Shown piece after piece: positions 21,301-31,492 of a DNA stretch of 64,000 nucleotides (positions are counted from its first letter, which is position 1; each line of letters opens with the position of its first letter). A program made the translations under genes and the position numbers. The DNA is from an uncultured Actinomycetota bacterium. GTDB taxonomy: Bacteria; Actinomycetota; Actinomycetes; Streptosporangiales; Streptosporangiaceae. Under the pieces are notes generated by a model. The model saw only the letters and a list, made by a program, of their open reading frames with translations, made no database searches and was not told where the DNA came from. The stretch lies in assembly GCA_963844925.1 (NCBI GenBank), contig CAWJQG010000016.1:12930-76929 (forward strand), in the 5' to 3' direction.

Positions 21301-23310
21301 TTATCTCGTTTGGTCGTTGCTTCTGGGTACCATGTGCAGGCGGGCGGCAGCCTCATTGATCTCGCTTGCCTTCGTGATCAGCTCGTCAGTGGCTGTCATG
21401 TCGAGGCTCCAGTCAAAGACCGTGGCAGCTTGCTTGAGCATGCTGAGCGCTGCCATCACGCAGGCGCTGGCGATCATCTCCGTGAAGGCGTCGGGTTGGC
21501 GTTTGGTGTGGAAGCCGGGGCGTTCGCCGTCGACTTCGATGTGGAGGCTCGCGATCCCGTATCCGCAGTTGGAGGCTTGGTCGGCAAGGCGCATTTCGAG
21601 GATGATGCTTTGGTAGACGGCGGTCGCTTCGGGTGCTGGAATCTTGTCGGGGACCGTGAGGCCGCTTTGATCAGCAGCCTTCCGGGTGAGGTCCTGGGCT
21701 TGATCGATCTGCTGGGGGTCAGCCGCGGTCCCGCGGAGACTGTCGAGCGCGATCCGGATGGCGATGCCGAGGCCGGGCCCGCCGGGGTCGTTCATCTGCT
21801 CGAAGCGTGCGGCGATGAGGCCGAGGCCGCGCAGTGAGAGCAGCGCCTCGGCGGGCTGGGCGCCAGCGATCAGGGTCTGTGCGCTCTGGAAGAACGCGAT
21901 CCCTTGGGCGTACAGGTTGAATGCCAGCATCCGGACCGGGTCGTAGTCGACCGTCGCGCCCGTTGCAGCAGCCGCGTCGGCGAGCGGGACGACCGCGTTC
22001 ATCAACTCGGACGTGCGGTCCAGCGAGGTCGTGGTGAGAGTCACCTCGTCTTCGCTCAGGCGCCTAGGCTCCTGGCCTTCGCCGAGGCGGCCGAATATCT
22101 CGAGCCGGTCGAACTGGAACCTGATGGCCGGGTTGATGCGGACCGTGAAACGCTCTTTTCCCTTGAAATCGAACGTGGTCCCCTGCCGCTCCACGGCGTC
22201 GATGGACGAGGTCCATTCCAGGAGCGGGTACAACTCTCCTTCCGCCGCAGGGTCGGCGGCATCTCCGACGAGCCGGCCGCGAATGACCTTGCGCCTGGAT
22301 TGGACATCTTTGGGCTTGATCTCCATGAGCTCCGCGCTGACCTCGCGCGGGAGGCACAGAAGGTCGATGATGGCGCGCCGGACGCAGGTGAAGGTGATGT
22401 CGGCGCTGTCGACGGCGTGCCGGGCAACCTTGTCCAGCTCGAGGAATCCGTGCTCCAGGCCGTCGCTGGCTTTCTTAGCGGTCGCGTAGGTGTCATGATC
22501 GCCGTCGAAAATGACCTGCTCGCGTATCTGCTCCCGCATGATCTGCGGCCACCGCGGCCGATCGGGATCATCGGTCACCACGCCAAGCATCTCCGCCAGC
22601 TCCTCATCGCTCTTCGCCAGCTCCTGCTTCGTCTGGCGCAGCACGGCTTCAGTCAGGTTCTCCACCGCGATCCACAGATGGCCCATGGCCAGCCATTCAC
22701 CGCCGAGGTACCACTCCCGTAGCGCGAGCTCGTACTGCCGTAGCGCCCGCGTCACACGGGGGCGCTCTGCCTGCAGCGACAAGCCAGCCGGGCAGGCTGC
22801 CTCGAGGAGGTGAAGACGGATCATGCGGCCGTCGCCGACCAAGCCCCGCTCATCGGGCAGGAATACCTCAACAAACTCCCGCTCGGTTTTCCCGGGATCG
22901 CTGTCGAATGCCAGGTGCGTTTCGATAGGGCCGACACGGACGTTAGAGACGAACGCGATCATGCTGGCGATTTCGCGGGCAAGCTCGCTGAAGGTAGGGC
23001 CCGCCTGTGGGAGCGCCCCCGCCCATCCCCTTACTTCGATAACGAGCTCTCGCGGGACTTGATGTCGCCCGACCGGCGCCCAGCGTGTGAAGGCGCGGAC
23101 TCGGGCAGCGCCAGGTCCAAGCACGGGAATGTGCACGTGATGCTCGAAGCCCTCCTCGGGAAGGAAATGAGCCGAAGAAGAAGCGCGGCACACCACGGTG
23201 TACTCGCTGCTGCCAGCATGGGCCGCAACACCATCAGTCACCAGTCGAAGGTACCCGGCGGGCGAGAGTGAGGGTGACTCGTAGTGGAGACCTGAGTTTG
23301 AGGGAGGCAA
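21301..23310 (-). CDS. Hypothetical protein, possibly HEPN-like central domain
   Basis: 669-aa ORF; RALRQYELAL..HLWIAVENL...ASDGLEHG; start uncertain. Confidence 0.6.
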   Translation of the reverse strand: MPPSNSGLHYESPSLSPAGYLRLVTDGVAAHAGSSEYTVVCRASSSAHFLPEEGFEHHVHIPVLGPGAARVRAFTRWAPVGRHQVPRELVIEVRGWAGALPQAGPTFSELAREIASMIAFVSNVRVGPIETHLAFDSDPGKTEREFVEVFLPDERGLVGDGRMIRLHLLEAACPAGLSLQAERPRVTRALRQYELALREWYLGGEWLAMGHLWIAVENLTEAVLRQTKQELAKSDEELAEMLGVVTDDPDRPRWPQIMREQIREQVIFDGDHDTYATAKKASDGLEHGFLELDKVARHAVDSADITFTCVRRAIIDLLCLPREVSAELMEIKPKDVQSRRKVIRGRLVGDAADPAAEGELYPLLEWTSSIDAVERQGTTFDFKGKERFTVRINPAIRFQFDRLEIFGRLGEGQEPRRLSEDEVTLTTTSLDRTSELMNAVVPLADAAAATGATVDYDPVRMLAFNLYAQGIAFFQSAQTLIAGAQPAEALLSLRGLGLIAARFEQMNDPGGPGLGIAIRIALDSLRGTAADPQQIDQAQDLTRKAADQSGLTVPDKIPAPEATAVYQSIILEMRLADQASNCGYGIASLHIEVDGERPGFHTKRQPDAFTEMIASACVMAALSMLKQAATVFDWSLDMTATDELITKASEINEAAARLHMVPRSNDQTR

Positions 23311-23917
23311 CCACCGGCACGCGTTTGTTCAGGGATGCCTCTTTAGCTCCAGCTTGGAAGGCAGCGGGTGTCGTGTCGTTGGGCGGCATGAACGCAGTTC
23401 AGGTGGTGTGTTCGACTGCCCGTGAGTGGCCGTCCATCACTGTGGTTCGCCGTCCGATTGTGCACGCAACGGGCACGCCGTCGGCGTGCTCATCCGCCCG
23501 GTGACGGCGGCAGTAATTGCGGGCGCGCCCAGCCACTGCAGATGGCGAGTGCCGTTCCCGTCGCGTGCCCCCGTGCCGTCCCCACCACGCTCTACCGCAT
23601 GGCGCACCAGGCACCCGGACTTGGGCACGCGAGTAACCGCCGTTCTGGTCGCCGGTTGTTCTTGCGCGCGGGCAGCAGAGGTTGGCACAGAGCAGGACGA
23701 TCTGCGCGATCATCAGCGCCGGGCTGGCAGTCCTCAACAACATGATCAGGCGGGCTCTGAAGGTGATTCGCCCTAGCATATTTACTCGTCTAGAAATGGC
23801 CAGGGACAGGAAAAGCGCAGTCTTGCGGATTCGAGTGATGCGTATTCCCGAGTCGGCATTACTCAGTGCGGCAATCCCCGTCGGCTAGGCTAGGTTGAGT
23901 AGTGGCGGGAGGGCCTT

Positions 23918-26900
23918 TCATGGGCCGGCAATCGACCCGTCGGGGTTGAGGCCGAACCGGTGCAACCGCTCTGCTTCCTCGTCCCGGCCTTGCTCGGCCA
24001 GCAGGTCGGCCAGTGGCCCGGCGGCAGCCCTGTCGCCTGCGTCGACCTGGGCGCGCAACCCGTCCACATCACCGCGCTCGTGCAGAAGCTGAGCCAGCCC
24101 GTAGATGGCGTACCGATCACCGGCGTCGGCGCGGGCGCGCAACTGGTCCAGGTCGCCGCGCTCGCGCAACCACCCGGCGAGCATCCCGGCAGCATCTGCG
24201 ATGCCGGCGTCGGCTACTGCGCCCATTGCTTGCTCGGCGCCGTCCAGATCACCGTGTTTGCGCAGCAGTTCGGCCAGCTTCCAGGAGGCATGAATATCGC
24301 CGACGTCGGCCCGGGCGCGCAGCTGGTCCACGTCGCCGTCTTTGTCCAATGGGTCGGCGTCATTGCCGCCCGGCTGCATGCGCACCTGCTCGGCCCTGTC
24401 CTGGTCGCCGCGTTCGCGCAACAGGTTGGCCAGGAGGATGGCGGCGCTACTGTCGCCGGCGTCGGCCCGGGCGCGGAGTCCGTCCAGGTCGCCGCGTTCG
24501 CGCAGCAGTTCGGCCAGTTGCTCAGCGGCAAACCTGTCGCCGACGCCAGTCGCAGCGCGCAGTACCTGCTCGGCGTCATCCAGGTCGCCGCGTTCGCGCA
24601 GCATGCCGGCCAGGCGCCTGGCGGCTGAGGTGTCGTCGGCGTCGGCCCGGCTGCGGAGTCCGTCCAGGTCGCCGCGTTCGCGCAGCAGATCGGCCAGCCG
24701 CCCGGCGCAAAACCTGTCGCCGGCGTCGGCCCGGGCGCGCAGTACCTGCTCGGCGTCGTCCAGGTCGCCGCGTTCGCGCAGTACGCGCGCTAGCTGCCAG
24801 GCGGCATACCTGTCGCCGGCGTCGGCCCGGCTGCGGAGTCCGTCCAGGTCGCCGCGTTCGCGCAGCAGATCGGCCAGCCGGCTGGCGGCGTTCCTGTCGC
24901 CGGCGTCGGCCCGGGCGCGCAGTATCTGCTCGATACCGTCCAGGTCGCCCCGGCCGCGTAGCAGCCTTTCCAGCTGCCAGGCAGCATCCTCATCGCCGGC
25001 GTCGGCCCGGGCGCGGAGCTCGTCCAGGTCGCCGCGTTCGCGCAGCAGGTTGGCCAGCTGCTCGGCGGCATACCTGTCGCCGCCGTCGGCCCGGTTGCGC
25101 AGTCCGTCCAGGTCGCCGCGTTCGCGCAGCAGGTCGCCCAACTGCCAGATGGCGTTCCTGTCGCCGGCGTCGGCCGGGGCGCGCAGTACCTGCTCGGCGC
25201 CGTCCAGGTCGCCGCGCTCATACAGCAGGTCAGCCAGCCGCTTGGCAGCTTCACCGTCCCCGGCATCGGCGGCACGCCGGTACAGCGGAATGGCATAGCA
25301 GTACAACAGCCGGTCCGCAGCGCTGCTGGCCAGGCGGGCGGCATCGGCGGGATCGCGGAGATGGCCGAGGATGGCTTCCCAGGTGCTGGCGGGCACGCGT
25401 ATGTAGCGCCGTTCCCGGCTGACGTGCTGGAACAGGTAGTCCGCGACTGCATAGCCCAGAATCTCGGATTTCTTCTCGTTCAGCACTTCGATCAACGGCG
25501 CGGTGGCGTGATCTTGCCGGCGGTCGCGCTGGGTCAGCTCGGTGAGGGCCGGGGGAAACCAGGTGTCGTCTGGATGGAGTGTAGACAGGTAGCCGCGGGC
25601 GGCGGCGCACAGCAGCGTGTCGGTGAGCATGGCCTGGACGCCAAGGCGGCGGGCGTCGATCGCGGCGTTCAGCACCGCCCGTTGTTCCTCGGTGGCTCGC
25701 TTGTAGCGGGCTACCAGTTGCGGAGCGCCGGCGAGCACCTCGGTGACGTTGTAGTCACGATCGGCGAGAGCTGTCGCCAGGCGCGGATCCTTGCTGGCCA
25801 ACTGCGCTGCGGCTTCGCGTTCGGCTCTCGAGAAGCTGATCAGCACTTCCTGCCGTACTCGGCCGTCGCCGAGGATGTCGGCTGCGGCGGGGTAGAGAGG
25901 TCGCTGCTGGGACGTATCGGGGGCAAACTCTGTCGCGCACAGCCGATTGGCGTGCTCAGGCCACATGGCTCCGAGCAGGACCACGGGGGTGGGAGCGTCG
26001 AGCAGGCGCCGCACGGCGGCGGCTGTGATCGGGCCGGGACCGTCGAGGAAGCGTTGCAGCTCTTCGAGCCACACGATGAGTTTCGGAAGGGGGAAGGTCG
26101 CCGCGGCGATCGAGTTGACCAGGTCACCGTCTCCGAGGTCCGGGCGCAGGACGGCGAAGTCGGGGAGCACGACGCGGGCCGTCTCGTACAGGAGCCGGGT
26201 CTTCCCGACCGATAAGTCCCCGACGAGCACGAGGAACCCACCATCCTTGCGTGCATGATGCATCCAGCTGGTGATCTCAGGGCCTATGTCACGGTCGACA
26301 AAGGTAGGCAGGTCTTGCTCTTGACCGAGAGTTTGCGGTTCGCCTGGTCGGCCATGCCTGGGTCGTAGCATGAAACGTCGCTGCCGGCGTGCGGGGAGGC
26401 TGTCAGCCTGAGTGCCCGGCGCGACCGCTGACTCGGGTGACCGCGGAAGATCGATCGCGCGGTGAACGTGCAGAGCCAGCGCCGGGGTCTCGTCCACCTG
26501 GCGCAACCGGTCCTGCCGGCCCAGGTGCTGCCTCAACTGGTCGCGGCCTTGCCGCTCACGTAGTTGTTCGTCGGTTGGGGTGGATCTCTTTGCCTCACGG
26601 ACCGGCACCCACACAAGCCACGCTCCGGCCCCGGGGATACTCACCGCGGCTGCCACCGTTACCGCAGCAGTGTCGAAGTGATGGTGGGGTACTACCGCCG
26701 CCACTATCCAAGGCAGTACCAGGATTGCCCAGGCTATCGCGCCGTCTTTCCGCACTGGATGGCGGACCGGACCCAGCCAATGCCGCCAATGCGGGTACTT
26801 CGCGCTGTTCACCAGGTTGCCCCGCCCTTTACTCCCGTCATGATCACCAAGTGTCCCGCCGATCGCCACAGAAGAACCCGGTCCGCGATACGCAGCGTGA

Positions 26901-26923
26901 TGTCGCGAGCCGATTAGCAACAT
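23918..26923 (-). CDS. NLR-like protein: N-terminal TM segments, P-loop NTPase, Sel1/TPR-like repeats
   Basis: GDLSVGKTR Walker A, IVWLEEL Walker B; more than 12 LRERGDLD..ADAGD repeats; start may be GTG near 26812. Confidence 0.8.
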   Translation of the reverse strand: MLLIGSRHHAAYRGPGSSVAIGGTLGDHDGSKGRGNLVNSAKYPHWRHWLGPVRHPVRKDGAIAWAILVLPWIVAAVVPHHHFDTAAVTVAAAVSIPGAGAWLVWVPVREAKRSTPTDEQLRERQGRDQLRQHLGRQDRLRQVDETPALALHVHRAIDLPRSPESAVAPGTQADSLPARRQRRFMLRPRHGRPGEPQTLGQEQDLPTFVDRDIGPEITSWMHHARKDGGFLVLVGDLSVGKTRLLYETARVVLPDFAVLRPDLGDGDLVNSIAAATFPLPKLIVWLEELQRFLDGPGPITAAAVRRLLDAPTPVVLLGAMWPEHANRLCATEFAPDTSQQRPLYPAAADILGDGRVRQEVLISFSRAEREAAAQLASKDPRLATALADRDYNVTEVLAGAPQLVARYKRATEEQRAVLNAAIDARRLGVQAMLTDTLLCAAARGYLSTLHPDDTWFPPALTELTQRDRRQDHATAPLIEVLNEKKSEILGYAVADYLFQHVSRERRYIRVPASTWEAILGHLRDPADAARLASSAADRLLYCYAIPLYRRAADAGDGEAAKRLADLLYERGDLDGAEQVLRAPADAGDRNAIWQLGDLLRERGDLDGLRNRADGGDRYAAEQLANLLRERGDLDELRARADAGDEDAAWQLERLLRGRGDLDGIEQILRARADAGDRNAASRLADLLRERGDLDGLRSRADAGDRYAAWQLARVLRERGDLDDAEQVLRARADAGDRFCAGRLADLLRERGDLDGLRSRADADDTSAARRLAGMLRERGDLDDAEQVLRAATGVGDRFAAEQLAELLRERGDLDGLRARADAGDSSAAILLANLLRERGDQDRAEQVRMQPGGNDADPLDKDGDVDQLRARADVGDIHASWKLAELLRKHGDLDGAEQAMGAVADAGIADAAGMLAGWLRERGDLDQLRARADAGDRYAIYGLAQLLHERGDVDGLRAQVDAGDRAAAGPLADLLAEQGRDEEAERLHRFGLNPDGSIAGP
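23960..25270 (-). repeat. Highly conserved intragenic repeats with 84- and 96-bp units
   Basis: CCAGGTCGCC core at 24484, 24580, 24664, 24760, 24844, 24940, 25024, 25108 and 25204. Confidence 0.9.
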
Positions 26924-27694
26924 AATCGCGATCGGAGTCGACCCGATCGCAGCAGGGGCTCACGGAGTAATTCTGACTCTGGTAGTGGCGGACCGGTACC
27001 CGAAAAGCAACGGCCGCGTTCTGGTGTTCTGCTGCATCGACTCGCCGTCGTTCGCGGAGAAGTTCGGAACGATGGCCTCTCGCATGACCAACGGCGAGTT
27101 GATGCTCGGAGGCGGCGAGGAACATCCGCTAGCGAGATCGCACGCAAGGCCATGTCGAGCGGAGAGGCCGCCGCGAGCGAAGTCTTCCTCCGCGACTTGC
27201 GCGAAGATCGCCGCGTGTTTGTCGCCGAGGCCTTCTTTAACCGGCACAATTTGCTCGTGGTGCTCACCGCGAGGAAGGCGGTCCGCTTCGGACGCCGGAA
27301 CCGCACCGTGGCGAGCTGAGCGTCTCACTGGCACAGCGTGGCGTCGGCCAGTTAGCGGTGGCCGGTTTCTCCGCTTCCTACGCCTAGTCGACAGCGTTAA
27401 CCGCCGAGCGGCGCCCTTTTGGCGATGCACCCGCATGACCCCTGCCATGTGCGTAACTGACAGTCGCGGACTGGACTACGCGTAGTAGGGCCCTGCCGGC
27501 ACTGATCGCATGGTCGTGCAGGGTCGTGCCGCCCAGGGAAGCCGCTGACTTTGCCAGTCTCGTAAACGGGCGCATATGCATGGCTTGCAGGAAAGCTCTC
27601 GCCGTGAATATAGTAATACGGCCGAATTCTTGAAATCTAATCGGAGCATTAGTTGAGAGCCAGGCTGGCAGGCTTTCCGCAGTAGGGCACGTGC

Positions 27695-30088
27695 GTGCTG
27701 TGGCTGGAGGTGCGGATGCCGAAGATCAGGATTACCGGCGTGGGAGTTGGAAGTCCGGTGGCTTCAGCGAACTTGTCGTGGGAGTATGCCGATTCCGGCA
27801 ATAGCGGTCCCGGTGCTGGCGGATGCCTGGTCTTGCCTTCTGGACAGTTGCCGAGGGTCCGGGAGATTGTTGATCCGATCATGCTTGGAGTGCATCCTTC
27901 GTCACCTGTCGACGGTATCCGGGGCCCAGCCGGAGAACCGCTGCCCGAGCGAGTTCCGGCGTACGTGCCCAGGGATGTGGACGATGAGCTGGCCCGCCGC
28001 CTGTCTGCGAGCGGTTTTGTCGTACTGGTCGGTGATTCTGCCGCCGGCAAGTCACGCGCCGCCTATCAGGCGATGTTGACGCTGCCTAACCACGTACTCA
28101 TAGTGCCGCGGGATCGCGCTAGCCTGCCTGCGGCCCTAGACAAGGCAGCTGCTATGCGCCGATGTGTGCTGTGGCTAGATGACCTGGAAGGGTATTTGGG
28201 CTCTGGTGGGCTAACCAGGGCGGGTATCGCAGGCCTGCTGTCCGGTAAGCGGGCTCATCGGGTGGTGGTCGCGACACTCAGGTCAGCGGAGGAAGCACTG
28301 CTGACAAGTGAAGTGCCCACTGCAGGGTTCGGCCTGCAGCACCGCAGGGAAATCCATGCGGTACTGGGCTTGGCGCACCGGATTGGTCTCCAGCGTGTCT
28401 TCAGTGCTCCCGAGCGCGGCCGGGCCGCAGACCTGACATGGGACCCGAGGATCGATGAGGCACTGGCGCATGCCGATGTTTTCGGAATAGCTGAATACCT
28501 GGCCGCAGGGCCGGAGCTCATGCGCGACTGGGAGAATGCCTGGAGCGCGAACAGCAATGCCCGTGCCGCCAGTCACCCCCGGGCTGCTGCACTGATCGCT
28601 GCTGCTGTTGACGTGCGGCGCGGCGGTTTCACCTCGCCGGTTCCCCGTGCACTGCTCGACGAGGTACATGAGCGTTACCTGCAGGAGCGCGGCGGCGCAC
28701 GCCTACGTCCAGAACCGCTGGCCGACGCATGGGCGTGGGCTACTCGCCCGCGACGCGCCACCACAGCGCTCCTTGAGCCCGATGGCAACCGGCATGTTCA
28801 GGTGTTCGACTATCTTCTTGACCGGGTGCAGGAACAGCGCGGCCCTGGCGGCTATGTCCCCGACGAGGTCATGGAAGCCGCGCTTGCAGTCGCATCTCCT
28901 GCCGATTCCGACAACATCGGACGCACCGCTTACCTTCACGCCCGCTTCCAGCTGCAGGAGAAAGCCTATTTCGCGGCATATCGGGCCCGTGCCGCGGAAC
29001 TGGGCGCTGAGCACCTAGAGACTTTGGCCGACAGGGCAGAGCGAGCTGACAGCCTGCGTGAACTGCGCCGATTTGATGAGTCAGAGGCCGAGTTCAGGGC
29101 GGTGGCGGACCTCGTCAGTCGCGTTCACGGCCCAGAACATCCGCTGGCCTTGAAATGCCGTAAAAGCGCGGCTTTCGCGCAGATCCGGCAGAGCCAGTAC
29201 GGGAAGGCCGAAGCGGAATTGCGCGCTCTGCAGGACATCAGCTTCCGTGCCCTGGGACCCGAGCACGACGTGACCGTCGGCACCCATCACCTGCGTGCCA
29301 TAGCCTTGCACTGGCTAGGCAGGCTAGCAGAAGCGGAAGCTGAAAACCGTTTCGCCCTCCGTGTTCTTATCCAGGACTTCGGGCCTGAGGATATCGAGAC
29401 GCTCCTGAGCCGCGGAAACCTCGCTTATCTCCTATACGAAGCAGGTCGGCTGGAGGAGGCTGAACAGGAATCCCGCGCCGTTATTGCAGCGCGGACACGG
29501 GTATCCGGCCCTGCGCATCCTTACACATTGCAGATCCGGAGCCTGCACGCTGATATACTACGCGAACTCGGCCGTCCGGCTGAAGCCGCCCGAGAGCACC
29601 AGGAGATCGTCGGCATCGCAACAGCCGCCCACGGCCCCGAGCACCGCGTTGTCCTGGCCAGCCGCAACGGCTTCGCGTTCGCACTGATCCTGCAGCGCAA
29701 GTTCACCGAAGCCGAGCAATACCTACGTGCAACCCACGATACCGCTTCTCGGGCCTTTGGGGCCGCACACGAGTTCACGATGGCTAGCCGACACCTGCAC
29801 GCCATTGCCCTGCACCACCTGGGCAGGCCAGATGAGGCACAGGCAGAGCACCGCCTCGCCCTCGACGCTTGGACCGGTGACCTCACCCGAGCCAGCCAGC
29901 TCATCTACATGACTGAACTCGCAAGCGTGCTCCAGTACGCGCGCATGCTGGGCACGGCTGAAAAGCAGGCCCGCCAAATAACGGATATTCGCATACGGAC
30001 CCTCGGCCGCGATCACCAGGCTACAGCGTGCGCCCAATCCCGTTTGATCATCATCCAACTCGCAATAAAGCGCTACCAAGAAAAGTAG
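27695..30088 (+). CDS. P-loop NTPase plus TPR-repeat (GPEHP-type) protein
   Basis: YVPRDVD, GDSAAGKSR, LWLDDLE; repeats LGAEHLETL / HGPEHPLAL / LGPEHDVTV; start uncertain. Confidence 0.8.
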   Translation: MLWLEVRMPKIRITGVGVGSPVASANLSWEYADSGNSGPGAGGCLVLPSGQLPRVREIVDPIMLGVHPSSPVDGIRGPAGEPLPERVPAYVPRDVDDELARRLSASGFVVLVGDSAAGKSRAAYQAMLTLPNHVLIVPRDRASLPAALDKAAAMRRCVLWLDDLEGYLGSGGLTRAGIAGLLSGKRAHRVVVATLRSAEEALLTSEVPTAGFGLQHRREIHAVLGLAHRIGLQRVFSAPERGRAADLTWDPRIDEALAHADVFGIAEYLAAGPELMRDWENAWSANSNARAASHPRAAALIAAAVDVRRGGFTSPVPRALLDEVHERYLQERGGARLRPEPLADAWAWATRPRRATTALLEPDGNRHVQVFDYLLDRVQEQRGPGGYVPDEVMEAALAVASPADSDNIGRTAYLHARFQLQEKAYFAAYRARAAELGAEHLETLADRAERADSLRELRRFDESEAEFRAVADLVSRVHGPEHPLALKCRKSAAFAQIRQSQYGKAEAELRALQDISFRALGPEHDVTVGTHHLRAIALHWLGRLAEAEAENRFALRVLIQDFGPEDIETLLSRGNLAYLLYEAGRLEEAEQESRAVIAARTRVSGPAHPYTLQIRSLHADILRELGRPAEAAREHQEIVGIATAAHGPEHRVVLASRNGFAFALILQRKFTEAEQYLRATHDTASRAFGAAHEFTMASRHLHAIALHHLGRPDEAQAEHRLALDAWTGDLTRASQLIYMTELASVLQYARMLGTAEKQARQITDIRIRTLGRDHQATACAQSRLIIIQLAIKRYQEK

Positions 30089-30272
30089 CCTCATAAAGCG
30101 ATGCCTGTCTTTCGGATCCCGGCCCGCAGCAGCGCATAGCTGGGCGATCTGCACGGTCAACATCTACGCTTGAGCCGCACGTGCGATAAGCGCCGATTCG
30201 GCGATCCCGCGCTGGCCTCGTGCGGCGAGGCCACGAGCCGGATGGCCCTGCGGCCGGTCCTATTCTGCTGGT

Positions 30273-30671
30273 GTGGACACGCTCGGCTTCGAGAGCCTGA
30301 TTCTCTACGTCTCCGACCTCAGGGAGTCGAGGGCCTTCTACGCCGGCGGCCTGGGGTTGCCCGTGGTGTTCGAGGACGACGTCATCGTGGTGGTGGGCGG
30401 CCCGGCGGGCCGCGTGGTGCTGCACCGCAACGACCGGGGTCACGACGAGCGGGGTATCTTCCCCGCCGGCGATGGTGTCGGCGGGGCGGCCGTGCGGTTC
30501 GCCGTCAAGGATCCCGACGAGTGCGAGCAGCAGGCGGCGCAGGCAGGGCTCCCGGTTGTGTGGCCGGCCCAGGACGCGGTATGGGGGCGTTTCGTCGTGC
30601 TCGCCGATCCCGATGGCCGCTCGGTCGTCCTCGCCCGGATGAACCGCCCGAACGGGCCGACCCCGAGTTGA
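30273..30671 (+). CDS. VOC/glyoxalase family protein
   Basis: LYVSDLRESRAFY and WGRFVVLADPDG motifs. Confidence 0.85.
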   Translation: MDTLGFESLILYVSDLRESRAFYAGGLGLPVVFEDDVIVVVGGPAGRVVLHRNDRGHDERGIFPAGDGVGGAAVRFAVKDPDECEQQAAQAGLPVVWPAQDAVWGRFVVLADPDGRSVVLARMNRPNGPTPS

Positions 30672-30986
30672 GGTCGCTGACCGGACAGGCCGATTATCTT
30701 GCCCCGCTGACGCGGGTGCCTAAACCGTTCATAGTCGGCGGCCGGCACCAGGGGTCCCATGTCCAGCTCGCATTGTGTGATCGGCGCCGGCTCGGCCGAG
30801 GCGCGCATCGCCGCCGATCGGCGCGGCTGGTTGGGCGCTTAAAGTCTGCGCGGACGGCAGCCCGAATGGGTTGTTCTGGATCATGAGCCTGAGCCGACAA
30901 GATGGCAGGTCTTACTGCAATTAGCCGGAGCGCAACGCCACTTTCTGGCACTACCACTCAACGTGGAACCGAGTAAGGTTTCTCTC

Positions 30987-31421
30987 ATGAGGTGGCCTTT
31001 CAGCGAGCGTGTTGAGGCGGCGGGCGCGTGGAGCTTGCTTGTCATCTCATCGGCGTTTCTGGTTGGAATCCCGACGGTTTTGGTTGGTGCTCGCGGGCCG
31101 GGTAACCATGTCAATCTCTGGTGGCCGACCAACTGGATGATCATCCCGTTGATGGCCTTTACGGCGGGCCTGCTGTTGCTGGCGGTGCCAGTCAAGAAAG
31201 CCCGGCCAAGGCAGGCAGCAGCCGCCCCTGGGGATGCGGAGGCGCCATCTCGGGCCGGCGTGGTGACTGGTGAGGTTGATGTTGATGAATTGTCTGGTGA
31301 CGCCGTCGGCCTCAAGATTCAGGATGCCCAGGGCGGCGCTGTGATTATGGGGAAGGCCCGAGCGGGGATGGCCTCGAAAGGCAGCAAGATAACCGGTACG
31401 GATATCGGAAAACTTAGATAA
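30987..31421 (+). CDS. Small two-TM membrane protein with C-terminal Gly/Val-rich pseudo-repeat
   Basis: Two hydrophobic segments, Ala/Pro linker, then VVTGEVDVDELSGDAVGLKIQDA / VIMGKARAGMASKGSKITGTDIGKL; alternative start at 30963. Confidence 0.7.
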   Translation: MRWPFSERVEAAGAWSLLVISSAFLVGIPTVLVGARGPGNHVNLWWPTNWMIIPLMAFTAGLLLLAVPVKKARPRQAAAAPGDAEAPSRAGVVTGEVDVDELSGDAVGLKIQDAQGGAVIMGKARAGMASKGSKITGTDIGKLR

Positions 31422-31492
31422 CGGATCGGGGCGGAGGGCGGCAGCGCTACCGGCTAACGTGACGGGGATGGAGAGGGCAGACGGACCAGGAA

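Noticed and set aside
23960-25270. CRISPR array
   Set aside because: Units are multiples of 3 inside a long ORF, the intervening sequences are similar to each other, and there are no cas genes.
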